From positions 115,333,723 through 115,397,722 of the forward strand of contig NC_081356.1 of NCBI RefSeq assembly GCF_030684315.1: a stretch of 64,000 nt of DNA. The letters run 5' to 3'. Positions within the stretch are counted from its first letter, which is position 1; each line of letters opens with the position of its first letter. Below, piece after piece: positions 1 to 11,900 of the stretch. This stretch comes from Stegostoma tigrinum (lineage: Eukaryota). The notes beneath the pieces are model-generated. The model saw only the letters and a list, made by a program, of their open reading frames with translations, ran no database searches and had not been told where the DNA came from. Both the position numbers and the translations under genes were made by a program.

Positions 1-177
1 TGAACGCAGCAGGCCAAGCAGCATCAGAGGAGCAGGAAGGCTGACGTTTCAGGCCTGGACCCTACTTCAGAAAAAAAAATTCTGAAGAAGGGTCCAGGCC
101 CGAAACATCAGATTTTCTGCTCCTCTAATGCTGCTTGGCCTGCTGCATTCATCCGGTTCTACACCTTGTTATCTCAG
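1..177. mobile_element. Short palindromic Penelope-like element derivative (family A), left end cut by the window edge
   Basis: Bases 1-72 are the reverse complement of ~80-150 around an A-run centre. Sequence matches the terminal region of the GIY-YIG-encoding PLE at 16903-18034. Degenerate hammerhead core CTGAAGA-GGGT/GCCC-GAAACATC at 82-109. Confidence 0.8.
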
Positions 178-564
178 CACTTATCTGATGTTGGTTCATT
201 GCTGCAGGTCCTACTCCCTGAGGAATTTACCATCCATCCTTAATTGGATGGCTAAACTTCCAAAAAACCTTAATTGCAGGCATACCTCTGACCTGTGTGA
301 AATGGTGCTGATGTCAGGGTGCTGACAATGTCAGGAGAATTCAGTCCACTGTCACTTAGCCTGAGTGCCAATGAGGAGGAATGTTTTCACTCTAAGAACT
401 CTCACATGCTGAAATGTCCTGCCTGAACAAAGTAAGTTGCACAGAAACATCTAAAAAGCAATTAGACTTGTACTTGGAGAAGGTGGATTTGCAAGGTTAC
501 AAGAGGGAGGTATAAGAAAGAAATAAGTGTTCATTGCTAAACCAGAAATAAAAGTCACTTTTAC

Positions 565-657
565 AAACAAAACAAAAATTGATGGAGAAATTCAGTGGGT
601 CTGGCAGCATCTCTGCAAAGAGAAACAAGGTTCGAGTCCAGTGACCCTTCTTCAGAA
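565..657 (-). mobile_element. PLE terminal fragment (family B, single arm)
   Basis: Similar to the left arm of 60491-60727 (GGTCTGGCAGCATC...GTGACCCTTCTTCAGAA). Confidence 0.6.
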
Positions 658-740
658 GACTTTTCACCATTTTGCTTTTCCTGGCTCGTCCTTGAGGTGT
701 GACTAACTGTTTACATTAATCAGAAAATAAAGTGGTAGGA

Positions 741-1815
741 ATATAGGGAAAAGGGTAGGTTCTTCATCCTGTCAAGACTGCTTCACCATTTAGTATCATT
801 ACGGCTGATTAAATGTTTCAGTGTCTTTCGCTCACACTGTCCCCATGACCCTTTATGCCATTGACAACCAAAAATTTATTAACCACTACTTTAAATATAC
901 TCAAAGACTGAGCTTTCACAAGGCTCGGGGGTAGAGAATTCCAACAATTCAACCTCCCTCAGAAAAAGAAATTGCCTCATCTCCAAAATGATTTCCCTCT
1001 GATTTTTAAATTGCGCTTCCTAATTGACCCCAGCCAAGGGAATCATCTTATCTGTACCTACTCTGTCTATCTTCTTACATTTTGATGAGATCAGCTCTCC
1101 TTGTTTGAGGCTCTGGAGAACACCAGCACAGTTTGCCCAATCTCTCTTCACAGGAAAGTCCTGCTATCCCAGGAACAAGTTTGGCGAACATCTGTAGCAG
1201 TCCCTCTACGGCAATAAAATCTTTCCCAAGATAAAGAGACTGATGAAATTGCATGCAGTACTCCAGGTGCAGTCTAAATAAGCTCCTGTACAACTGAAGC
1301 AAGACCTCGCTAGTTCTAAACTTAAACCCTATTGCACTAAAGGCTAACATTCCACTCACTTTCCGAACTGCTGGCTGCACCTACATGTTGGCCTTCAGTA
1401 ACTTATTGACAAGGTGTAGAGGTGCTGGTGTTGGATTGAAATGGACAAAATCAGAAGTCACACAACACCAGGTCATAACCCAACAGGATTGTTTAAATTC
1501 GCAAGCTTTCAGAGTTTAGCCCTTCATCAGCTCGTGGTTTCAAATAATCCTGCTGGACTATAACCTGGTGTCATATGACTTCTGACTTTAGTGACAACAA
1601 ACCTAGGTCCCTTTACGCACTGACACTTTCCAACTTCTTATGGCTGAAGAAATACTTTGCACAGCTTTTTCTTACCAAACTTGATAACTTCCCCTTTTTT
1701 TCCTACACAATATTCTATCTGTCATGCCCTTGTCCAATCTCCAAGCCTGTCCAAACCCTCCTAAAAACATTTTACATCTTCCTCACAATTTGCTTTGTGG
1801 AGTATCTATCATCAC
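741..1815 (-). mobile_element. CR1 LINE 3' fragment, decayed, interrupted by a PLE palindrome
   Basis: Minus ORF 1075-1380 LLQLYRSLFRLHLEYCMQF...GLSCEERLGKL matches the CR1 ORF2 C-terminal motif LYxxLVRPHLEYCVQFW. Confidence 0.85.
1413..1588. mobile_element. Short palindromic PLE-like element (family C) nested in CR1
   Basis: TCAGAAGTCACACAACACCAGGTCATAACCCAACAGG is inverted as CCTGCTGGACTATAACCTGGTGTCATATGACTTCTGA. Centre reads CTGATGAAGGGCTAAACTCTGAAAGCT on the minus strand. Second copy at ~24922-25115. Confidence 0.65.
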
Positions 1816-2556
1816 TGCATTGACCTGTGATGACTTGTTGCATTGATTTTGTGGAGTTAACAGCTAGGTCTGTGTCCACCATTAGTTGGCAATATGACTG
1901 CCCTCACTCCATCCAGAGGTTGTGCAGGGGAAAGTGAGGGCAAGCTGAAGGGTCAGAAAGGTGTCTCAACAAGTTTCCACAAAGTAGAATGGTCAGTAGG
2001 GTTACATCACACAGGATCCAGGGAGAGCTAGCCAACTGAATATTTTTCTCACCTTTTCAGAAACCTGAAAATGACGATCATGCAGCTATGCATTAGAGAG
2101 GACAGAAGTCGGGGATAAATTTCTGCACCTTTTGCTGGCACGAGTCTCCAGTTTGGATGGACACTCGATACACCCTGGACATAGGAAACAGCAGTGTTTC
2201 TGTGTCTGCACTGGCATTTAGCACACATCCCTTTCAGGGACAATGTTCCTAAACAGTGCTGAGGAAACAAGCTTGAACAAGCTGGTCTACGGGAATCCAA
2301 GAGAACTTGTATTTATTTGGTGCCATACCAAGTTCTCAGGGCAGCCCAGCATGCTTCAAGAGCAATAACCTACTTTGAAGTGCAGCCACTATCATTACAC
2401 AAGTCTGCAAGTATCGAAATCTGACAGGTAAAAATCTGATTATTTCACTTGTCCTAAGTGTTTGGTCTCCCACCTCACTGTCCCCACCCCTCCTCCAACA
2501 CTGCCATTGCTGCCTGAGAAAACCTATACTACAGATAGAGAGAAGGCAACTACAGG

Positions 2557-2886
2557 GAGGCAATGGCCTAGTGGTATTATCTGTTAATAATGTTAATAAT
2601 ATGGACTGTTAATCCAGATAATGATCGGCGAACCTGGGTTCAAATCCTGCCAAGGCAGATGGTGGAATTTGAATTCATTAAAATATCTGGAATTAAGGAT
2701 CCAATGATGGCCATGAACCGTTGCTGGGGAAAACCCATCCAGTTCACTAATGTCCTTGAGGGAAGGAAACTGCCATCTTTACCTGGTCTGGCCTACACAT
2801 GACTCCCAACCCACAACAATGTGGTTAACTCTAAACTCAATAAATGCTGCCTGGTCAGCAAAACCATCATCCTGTGAATGAATAAA
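2557..2886 (+). mobile_element. tRNA-derived SINE sharing its 3' end with the CR1/L2-group LINE
   Basis: A box TGGCCTAGTGG and B box GGTTCAAATCC. Body shared with 6232-6505, 63375-63565 and 43315-43640. Ends GTGAATGAATAAA. Confidence 0.8.
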
Positions 2887-3124
2887 GAGTTAAAATTGCT
2901 CTCTGGTACAGCTGTTTTAAGGTAATATAGATCTTATTGTCATGGTCCAGTGCCATCGTAAGCTGGTTGGGGAAAACACTGGACCAGAAAGAAAGGGATG
3001 TAGCATTGTGTAATGATTTCAAACAAAGAAGTTATCAAAGTTTTGTTGTCTCTTACTTTGTAATGTGAACATAATGGCTTGAAACTAGGGGGAGATAGTT
3101 ATTCCACCCTGTTAATATCTAAAC

Positions 3125-3360
3125 AGTACACGCTGGAGAGACTCACCAGTTCTGGCAGCATCTGTGAAGAGAGAAATAGAGTTAATATTTGGAGTTCAAT
3201 AAACCTACTTCAGGTCTCATTCAGTTCTGAGGAAATGTCATTCAACTCAAACTGTTAGCCCTCTTTCTTTCTCTACAGATGCAGCCAAATCTGCTGAGTT
3301 TCTCCAGTGTTTTTGCTTTAAATCTCAGATTTTCAGCATCCGCAGTATTTGGCTTTGATT
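3125..3360. mobile_element. Palindromic PLE derivative (family B), diverged
   Basis: CTGGCAGCATCTGTGAAGAGAGAAATAGAGTTAA is inverted as TTTCTCTACAGATGCAGCCA. Decayed hammerhead core CTGAGGA at ~3227. Confidence 0.7.
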
Positions 3361-3706
3361 CCAACTATTTCCACTTTAAAAGGTATCAAAAACAAATGCC
3401 TCAACCCAGAAGAGAGATGAGTGCAGTGTGGTAAACATTGTCTCCACGGATTTTGGCAGGGCCAACAATAAGTTTCCATATGGTAAACTGGGTTGTAAGG
3501 TTACATCGCATGGAATCCAGGGTGAGTCGAGCCAATGGATCTGTTTCTGTGCTGTATGACCGTAAGACTCTAAATGATAGGCACCTTTTAACATGGCGAG
3601 AGGGGTGTTATCATGTAAAATGATCCCAATTATTTGTTAGGAACTGGACTGTGCAGGTTATAGCCAGTTCCTTGGACAATGGAAGCAAAGTTGGTCTCAA
3701 AAGGGA

Positions 3707-3900
3707 GATAATAAAATGTGAGGCTGGATGAACACAGCAGGCCCAGCAGCATCTCAGGAGCGCAAACGCTGTCTGATGAAGGGTCTAGGCCCGAAACGTC
3801 AGCTTTTGTGCTCCTGAGATGCTGCTTGGCCTGCTGTGTTCATCCAGCCTCACATTTTATTATCTTGGATTCTCCAGCATCAGCAGTTCCCATTATCACT
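3707..3900. mobile_element. Young palindromic PLE derivative (family A) with target-site duplication
   Basis: Near-identical to the ends of 16903-18034. Direct repeat CTCAAAAGGGAGAT at 3696-3709 and 3899-3912, partly overlapping the termini. Confidence 0.9.
3773..3800 (+). ncRNA. Minimal type I hammerhead ribozyme core (PLE-associated)
   Basis: CTGATGA-A-GGGT(CTAG)GCCC-GAAAC-GTC: intact catalytic boxes, stem II, palindromic ACGT stem III and a GUC triplet. Helix I is very weak. Confidence 0.65.
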
Positions 3901-4364
3901 CAAAAGGGAGATGTTGAGTAGTTTCTGCAGTGAGCAGATTGTCAGATTTTTAACATGACAGGCAATGTCAGCATAGCAAAAGGAAACTGCATCTTCAAAG
4001 TGACTTAGGAGGGAAGTTCTCACTTGCACAGGCACTGCAGGAATTAGACATCAAGTGTAAAGTGCAAATGTTACCTTTGAGCTAATTTCAAAACAGTGAA
4101 ATGCTTCCAGTTAATAAATTCTGACTCAAAGGTTAATATTTTCCTTGCTTGCTGCAGAAGTCAATGTAGGAACTCCAAGTGTAACCTGGCAAAGCAGTGA
4201 ATGAACAAATGAAAAGGTCAAAATGTTAGGACACAAGTTCAACCATCAGTCTAAAGTGTGACTTATTAAAAGGGACAAAGACCAGACAACATAGCTAAAA
4301 AGCCCAGTCAACCCACACAGCTCCCTATCAATGCTCAATACCATCACTGAAATATACTTAATAG

Positions 4365-4640
4365 AGAAGTTGAAAATAATGAAGTGTTTTGGTTTGGTAA
4401 TCAGAAAGCATAGATTTAAGCTAATTAGCATAAGAACTAGTGGAGAGGGTGAGGGTTTTTTATTCACACAGTGAGTTGTGAGGATCTAGAATTCACTGCC
4501 TGAAAGGGTTGTAGAAATAGCAATCTTCAAAAGGGAACTGCATAAATCGGTGGAAATTGGAGGATTGTGGGGGTAATAAATAAGAAGTGAGAATAATTGG
4601 ATTGCTCTGCAAGGAGCCCACTCATGTACAATGGGGAAAG
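4365..4640 (+). mobile_element. CR1 3' end fragment, old
   Basis: TTTTTTATTCACACAGTGAGTTGTGAGGATCTAGAATTCACTGCCTGAAAGGGTTGTAGAA corresponds to the CR1 C-terminal FFTQRVVxxWNxLP motif. Confidence 0.7.
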
Positions 4641-5085
4641 TGTCTCCTCATGAAGGGTAAATGTCTACGTTTGCGTATTTTCTGCATTGCTATGACAGTG
4701 AATTTGATTTGGTTTATTTCTTCCTTCTGAGATCCATGTTAAAAATGAAGCATTTAGTCTTCCCCTTTGAAGGTTCCTTTCATACAAACACAAGTCTTAA
4801 GAACCAAGGTCTTCCGATCATAACTTTGAGTTTTGGTGCTGATGTAAAATGGAAGATTTGAGATGGAATGACCATTATGCAGCTTCTCACATTTTCATTT
4901 CCACTGGTCTGACTGATCCACTGTTGTCCATTTCACATTACTGCCCAAAGTCAAAATCATCATTGCCAACAATAACCATTCTTTCCCATTGGATTACTGC
5001 TGGTGTTGAAGAGTCACAAAGCTCCAAACATAGCTTTACACAAAAGGTTACAAATCTCACTGGCTGTCTGCAAAATTTGAGGAAG

Positions 5086-5714
5086 TGTTATGGACCAAAC
5101 CAGACCACCTCAAAATATTTTAGTAAGGTAGCTTAGATCCTAAACTTTTCTTATTTTAAAGGCAAGTGTGAAGTGCCAGTGCCAGATGCAATGTGACTGG
5201 TCAAACTACTTGACATTAAGCAAAACACAATTTATTTAAACACTGTAGTTAAAATGCAACCAAAGTAAGAGGAATTTAGATTAACAACTCTACTGGAAAA
5301 CTTACCAGTATAATAGATAATGTAATTGTTACTCATTAATTTTTCCAATATAGTAATATCACACAAACACACCTCCTGGCAAAAAAGGAAAATTCAGACA
5401 ACTTTCTCACATGCAGTTCGTCAATCCAGGAGCAAAAAACATCAACAGAAAATTCAGAGAGAGTAGTAGCCAAGAGACATTCACAGAAGCTTCCAACTCC
5501 TTTGAGAACCCAACAGCTTCTGATGCTACCAAAAAACCAAAACCCAGAATTCCTAATCTGCAAGAGTCGGCCACACCCATTCACGTTGTTTAAAAATAAA
5601 ACCAAGGCCTTCCAAGCTGCTTATTCTAGTTACACATCTTGGTAACTTTCATTCAATCTCTCTCTTACCGGAAACCAGGACAAAATTACCTCTTAAAGCT
5701 AAAGCACCATCACA
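5086..5714 (-). mobile_element. Probable solo LTR
   Basis: Termini TGTTATGG...CCATCACA (7/8 inverted match, TG..CA) and 4-bp flanks GAAG/GGAG with one mismatch. Orientation is tentative. Confidence 0.55.
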
Positions 5715-6231
5715 GGAGAAACCCAGGTCATGAGCTTCTCAAGGCATCGGGTGCTCTTGGGAGCTGAAGAACAGGACAGAGGCTGGTACAGCTTCTTCCA
5801 GAGTTAAACCACAAGCCATCAAGGCAGTGCCCTGGCTGCCAACAGATATTTTTGTGGGACTAGGTCAGAGGGGTAGACATACAAATGCCGTGCATCAAGA
5901 GAATGCCTTTTCTAAGCTGCCTGCAGCTCACACAATCAGACTATAGCTGCTGCAGAAAGTACAATGCTCCATCCCCACACCTTCACCCAGTTCCTCATTC
6001 ATACACTGTTTGCCTCTGAACAACAGCGTCCACTCCTCCTAAGGTAACACTGCCTACAGAATTGTGCATGGCACATGGGGCAGAAGCTGGGCAGTGGGTT
6101 GAGGTCATTGGATGGTCCTCATTCAGCCTCCTAAAGTGCGTCAAACATGGACCTTGCTGCCCAGGCCTTCATCCTGCCAGAGACAAGAAGGCAGTGCCAT
6201 TCAAGTACACCAACATCCCACCGAATCGGGA

Positions 6232-6505
6232 AAGACAATGGCCTGGAGACATTATCACTGGGCTATTAATCGAGAAACCCAGGTAACGTTCTGGGGACCT
6301 GGATTCAAATTTTGCCATCGAAGCTGATGTAACTTGAATTGAATAAAACAAAACTCTGGAATTCAAAGTCTAACAATGGTCCACATGAATCTAAACCCAC
6401 AGCAATATGGTTGACCCTTAACTGCCCTCTGGGCAATTAGGGATGGGCAATAAATGCCAGCCTAGCCAGCAATGTCCTCATGATGTGAATGAATTTTAAA
6501 AAATT
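6232..6505 (+). mobile_element. tRNA-derived SINE (same family as 2557-2886), internally deleted
   Basis: CAATGGCCTGGAG...GGATTCAAAT head. 3' end GGGCAATTAGGGATGGGCAATAAATGC...GAATGAATTTTAAAAAA. Confidence 0.75.
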
Positions 6506-6869
6506 AAATGCTCTCAATGCCACAAAGTTCACCACCAGACACTGCTCGAGGCCAAGCTACTTTCAATCAAACACAAGCTGAGGTTTTGGTGCAGTTCTGT
6601 GTCTGATATCCAGTTATTCAGAGTGTGGCAAACAGCTAGCTATTCAAATACAGGGACTGATAGCGGGGACATTTGAGAAGCTAAAACTGTCTGAGATTGT
6701 GTGAAAGTTAGTAATCTCCTTGCGTGACAGTTTGCATTATGAGCTGCCACAGTGCTTAGACAGCGCTGCGTTTTCAAGGTCTCTCCTGTAAATATATGTG
6801 CGCCTATGGCCATGCATGTTGTCATTTATTCATTTATGTGCCTTTGTATTTGTAGTCGCCAACTCCATC

Positions 6870-7255
6870 CGTCTCCCTGGCAACTGCCTCTACAATCACT
6901 GGATCTGGATGGAGCAACACTTCAGTTTGAAAATTCTCATCTCTGTTCCTAAATCCCTCTCCATCTCTGTAACCTCCTCCACCCTTAAAATCTCTATGAG
7001 TTCCTACAATTTGAGCACATTCTGGATTTTAATTACACTACCAATAATGGCTATTTCTGTACTTGCCGAGGCTGTGAGCTCTAAAATCCCTCCTTTACAC
7101 CGTCCAATTTTCTCCACTCTTTGAAAATGTTCTTTAAAACCTGCTTTTCACTTACTCCGATGGCCCCTTAGGCATTAAATTTTGATTGATAACATTCCGC
7201 AGAAGGTCTCCAGGTTTATTTTAATTATGTTCACAGTGTTATATAAATGAGACCT
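6870..7255 (+). mobile_element. L2-like LINE 3' fragment, old
   Basis: TTTGAAAATTCTCATCTCTGTTCCTAAATCCCTC resembles the L2 FKILxLVFKxL region, and the end GTGTTATATAAATG resembles the L2/DeuSINE tail. Confidence 0.5.
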
Positions 7256-7289
7256 GTGGCCATCTAATCAGGAACATTAAATAAGATTA

Positions 7290-8600
7290 ACACCCCCAGG
7301 GGGTGGAGTGTGGGGTACTCAGTGATGGCAACACAATTGAATGTCAAGGGGTGATGGTTAGATTATTTCCTGTAGGTGACAGACATTCCCTGGTACTTTC
7401 GTGGAATGAATGCTACTTTTCATTTGTCAGTCCAAATCTGGAGATTTTCCAGGTCTGGCTGCATGTGGATAGTGGCTGCTTTAGTACCTGAGGAGCCATC
7501 AACGATGTTGAACATTGTGCAATCATCACTAAGCAGCCTACTCCTGGCTTTATTATGGAGGGGAGGCTATTGATTAAAATGGTTGAGCCAAGATCCTGAG
7601 AAACTCCTGCAGAGATCTAATGGAACAGAGTGAGATCAATGTACTCCAACAACTGTTACCATCTTCCTTTGTGTTACTTATGACTGCCACTATTGGAGAG
7701 TTTTTCCCCTGATTCCAATTGACTGCACCTTTGCTAAGGCTTCTTGCTGTCACACTCAATCAAATGCAGCTTTGATGTCAACAGCAGTCATTCTCAACTC
7801 ACATCTGGGATTTAGTCATTTTGTCCATAATGGCACCGAGGCTGTAATGAGATCAGAAACTGCAGGGCCCTGATGGAAATCAAACTGACGGGCAGTGAAT
7901 CCATGTGTATCTTGATAGCACTGACAACGCTTCCCCACCCCCCCCCCACCCGACCAAACCTGTCACTTTTTCGACAACCAAGTGTAGATTGATAGTGCAG
8001 TATTTGGCTGGGTTGGACTTGTCCTGCTTTTTGTGCACAGGGTATATTGGGTGATTGTCCACATTGTCAGGCAAATAATACTGTTGCAGCTTTACTGGAA
8101 AAAGCTGGATGAACGATGTAGCTATTTCTGAAGCAGGAGGCTTCAATTCTCTTGTTGGAACGTTGTCAAAGCCCATAAACTTTAGAGCATCTAGCTCTTT
8201 CAATTATTTCTTGATAACATGCAGTGTGAATCAAATTGGCTGAAGACTGGCATCTTGTGATGTGTGCATATCCAGACAAGGTTGAGGTAAATCATCCACC
8301 ACGCACATCTTGCAGTCAATGGATTGATTTGCTTCAGTCATGTATGTCGAGTTGGGCTCCACCATTGTTGAAGATGAGGATAGTTGTGGAGCCTCTTCTT
8401 CCTCCTCCTGCTTGTGGTTTGTCATTCACTGCGTTTAGAGTTGGATGTGGCAGGACCATACAGCTTAGAACTGACCTGCAGGCTGTAGGATCATTTTGTT
8501 CCATTTATTTCATGCTACCTCCACTGTTTGGTGTGAAAATCATCCTGTGATGGAGCTTCACCAGGTTCACAACTCATTTTTAGGTCTGCCTGGTGCTGCT
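7290..8600 (-). mobile_element. CR1/L2-group LINE reverse-transcriptase fragment, decayed
   Basis: Minus ORF 7880-8203 KFMGFDNVP...PVHKKQDKSNPAKYCTINL corresponds to the non-LTR RT N-terminal motifs (GPDxIP, PxxKxxDxxxPxNYRPIxL). Confidence 0.8.
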
Positions 8601-10357
8601 TGGCTCAAGAAGATTCTGCTCTGAATTCTTGATTTGTAGCTTAAATAACTTATCCAGAGACAGTGCTGCCACAAGTATTGGAAGCCACTGTCAAATGGAA
8701 AAAATTGTAAGTGTGCATTATTGTGTAATTTATTTGAAATTTACTCATTCAAGAAAACCTGTGTTATGGTGATCTTATCTGTGACACTTGATTCATTGCC
8801 AACCACTGACTATATGTAAATATTACCCTTCAGTAAGACACTTCTTATTGGAGCAGTTTAGTCGTGCATATTTCTGAAGTTGCTGCTTAATCTATCCTTC
8901 CAGTTAACTGTACAACTATGGAATTTTTATAGCCAATATTTATTTAGTAGCCACATACATATTAACAGAGAAGAAGGAGTCTAATTTATTGTTTAATTGG
9001 TGCACTGTACCATGGAATACTGGGCGAATATGGCAACAGGGCTGTTAAAGACTGCCAACTAATTTCATTTATTCATTGCATTACCAAAAATCTGACCTTG
9101 TGCAACGGCTATGTTGATGTATGTATTGGTAAAGGTCATATGACCGTCCAGAGAGGCAGCCTTTCCAATGGCCTTTAATCAATGAGGTCTGGCTGAAATT
9201 TGTCGAATCAGCAACAAAGTTCGCAGAATGTTAATCACAAATTAATCCATGATCTTTAATGTTGGTTTTGCTGGGAAAATGGCCTCATCCACAGCATTCT
9301 CTATCATTGCAAGACATGGTCAGTTTATACAGATTGTGCCTGTTTGCAACCCTGCCAGAAGTTTCCTCAAATTGTCTCCCTTTTGTGGGGGCATAGGCAT
9401 TTGTAATGACATTTTGGACATTATTACATCATGGTATTTAGGGAAGTAACCTGTGCACATCAACTAAACTAGTAAAATAATCAAGTACAGATTTTCAACT
9501 GGTTTTTAGTAACTATACACTCTTATTACAAATGCTTATTTTTGGTGGCATTACTCATGGAGCTACAGGTAACGTAACCAATAAATCTGTGCCAATGGCT
9601 GAATCTTTGAGTTTTTTGGGAGGGTTTTTTACCATGAGGCCTAGTGGGTTTTCTCACCAATCTCATCTCATTAACTGCCTACCGTGTCTCTACGGCATCC
9701 CTCTTGTCCAATTCTAGCCCTATTTTATAATGCACCATTCCTGAGCAATTGGTCATTCACCAGGTGTCTGGAATTGACCAGCATACTTTGCACCAGTGCC
9801 TTTTTTTTCAAAGACCCTTGTGCGGTCAGAAGGCACTGCCAATCTGCACAATTTCTGATATTTGGCCTGGACCTGACCAACAAAGGGAAACGGATGCCCC
9901 TCTTTACGTGACCGGACCTGGAGTTGTTGCTGGGAAGGGTGATGCGCATATGGGATGTCCTCTTGCCCTAGGACTGGTAGTGGAGGCCATGGCACCAGAC
10001 CATGCTAGCCTGGTCCCAGGTTGCCACTCCACCAATGAAGTGCAGGAATAAATAGTAATGTTGGAAGAAGGTCAATATTATTCCTCACACTGCCAGGGTA
10101 AATGCCACCATCTTCTCTCCAATTCCTTACACACACTCTATCTCTGCTCCTTCAATGAAGCTGATGCACTGCCACTCTCAATAATGCCTGTAATCTGCAC
10201 TCAGTCACTGTCATCCACCTCAATCCCCTACACCACTTAACCTAAATGCCCTCTGCATTGGCTACTCACAATCACTCAGGTCACCTCTCCACTGGCACTA
10301 AAAGTAAAAGCTGAGCCACCTCAAAACCTGACTCTCATTCCAGATGAAAACAGCCCA

Positions 10358-10512
10358 ACTGAAAGCAAAAAATGCTGGAGATTACAGCAGGTCAGGCAGC
10401 ATCTATGCAGAGAATGCGAGCTAACACTAGCTTGCTCTCTCTGCCTGACCTGCTATAATCTCCACCATTTTTTGTTTTCGGATCAGAGTCCAGCATCTGT
10501 AGGAATTGGCTC
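10358..10512. mobile_element. Short palindromic PLE derivative
   Basis: GGAGATTACAGCAGGTCAGGCAG is inverted as CTGCCTGACCTGCTATAATCTCC, followed by the TCCAGCATCTG tail. Confidence 0.65.
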
Positions 10513-10534
10513 CTGAAAACAACTCACCATTTGT

Positions 10535-10652
10535 TTAGTGGGTCTACTGACAGCATGTGGACTGCAATGGTTCAAGGAGGCAGCTTCTCAAGGGAAACTA
10601 GGGATGGGCAACAAATGCCAGCCCACCTACCACTACCCGCATCCCACAAATT
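10535..10652 (+). mobile_element. 3' end of CR1/L2-group LINE
   Basis: GGACTGCAATGGTTCAAGGAGGCAGC...AGGGATGGGCAACAAATG, shared with 15235-15486 and 32200-32350. Confidence 0.7.
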
Positions 10653-11724
10653 CAGTTCAGAATAAGTCAAGATGTGTGGTGGGCAACTCAACATTTGGCT
10701 CCTCATCTCTTACATTATGACTCTGACCACCTTGAGCAGCTTGCTGACAATGTCCAAGCCCCTGGACCATACCAAAAGTTTGACTGACTGTGCCAGGACT
10801 CCCTGAGTGAAGGCTATGTCCCTTGACCTATTTGAGGCTTGCTGGCAACCATGACAAGCTTTCTGCCTTTCTGTTTACACTAAACAGCAAGGCAAGACAG
10901 CAGGAATATTAACCTGGCATCTCTGGCACAAAATGGTAAGGCAATGCAAGGAAGTTATGCTGTTAGCATCCAGGTAAGTTGCAAGGTGGCTGAGTGCAAT
11001 GATAGTGAGGGAGCCAGCTGCAGATGCAGCCTGCTGCAGCCCATCAGCTGAGTGCATTTCACTGAGCGCACAGTGTGCTCATTGCAGCATTACAATGGTA
11101 GCTGTCAGTGCAGCTCAAAGTACAGCACTGAAATGCAGAAGAGTACTGTAAGTGGATTGGAGATGTGCCACAGGGGTTCATAGAGGTTGGAAGTTGTCAA
11201 CTACCAATATTCGTGGGTATGGGGTATGTGAGGCCACTGACCACTGACCACTGACGATGTGCCCAGTATCCAATGTGGAGTGCCTTTGCTAGCCTGAAGT
11301 TGTCAAGTATCTGTGCTGACTTGCATGTCAAGAATTCTTGCTGAGCAGCTTTTTTGGTGCATTTAAGATAGGAAAGTGATCGTAAATGCAGTGAGTTATA
11401 TTATTAATAAGGCACTTCACAAGCTCTCATTCCCCTTAATTGGCAACTCACTGCTGCGTTGTGAGAAACTTGCCTTGCCGCTCATTTAAAAGATGCAGTG
11501 AAATGCTCCAAAACACCAAGCTAGGCCTCAGTGGACTTAGTGTGGGATTCCGCCACAAATCTCGCCACAGTCAGCATCGATCACACGCCTGTAACCTTCT
11601 ATCTCATGTTGCCATTCTGAATTCCATCAAGGAGAACTCTTTAATGCAGAGAAATGACAATTACATCCTGTTACATGGAACAACTGTGCTGCTTCATGAA
11701 AGAGTTTCCCCTTTTTGGATTCAA

Positions 11725-11900
11725 AAGGGTGTAGGCATTGCTGGCGAGACCTACATTTATTGATTTTCTTACTGGTCCTTGCAATGTAGCTTGTGAGGCT
11801 ATTTCAGAGGGCAATTAAGATTGCATTGCTGTTGGTCTGAAGCCACACATAAGACAGCAGATTTCCTTCCAAAAAGGCATTATTAAACCAATGGGTTTCA
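11725..11900 (-). mobile_element. SINE 3' fragment (family of 2557-2886)
   Basis: CAGAGGGCAATTAAGATTGCATTGCTGTTGGTCTGAAGCCACACAT is the reverse complement of the SINE body. Confidence 0.6.

Noticed and set aside
9700-11620. Possible DNA transposon or LINE remnant; similarly the GC-richer patches at 41200-41520, 44780-45170 and 51960-52340
   Set aside because: No diagnostic protein motif, terminal repeat or TSD could be identified by eye, so they are left unclassified.
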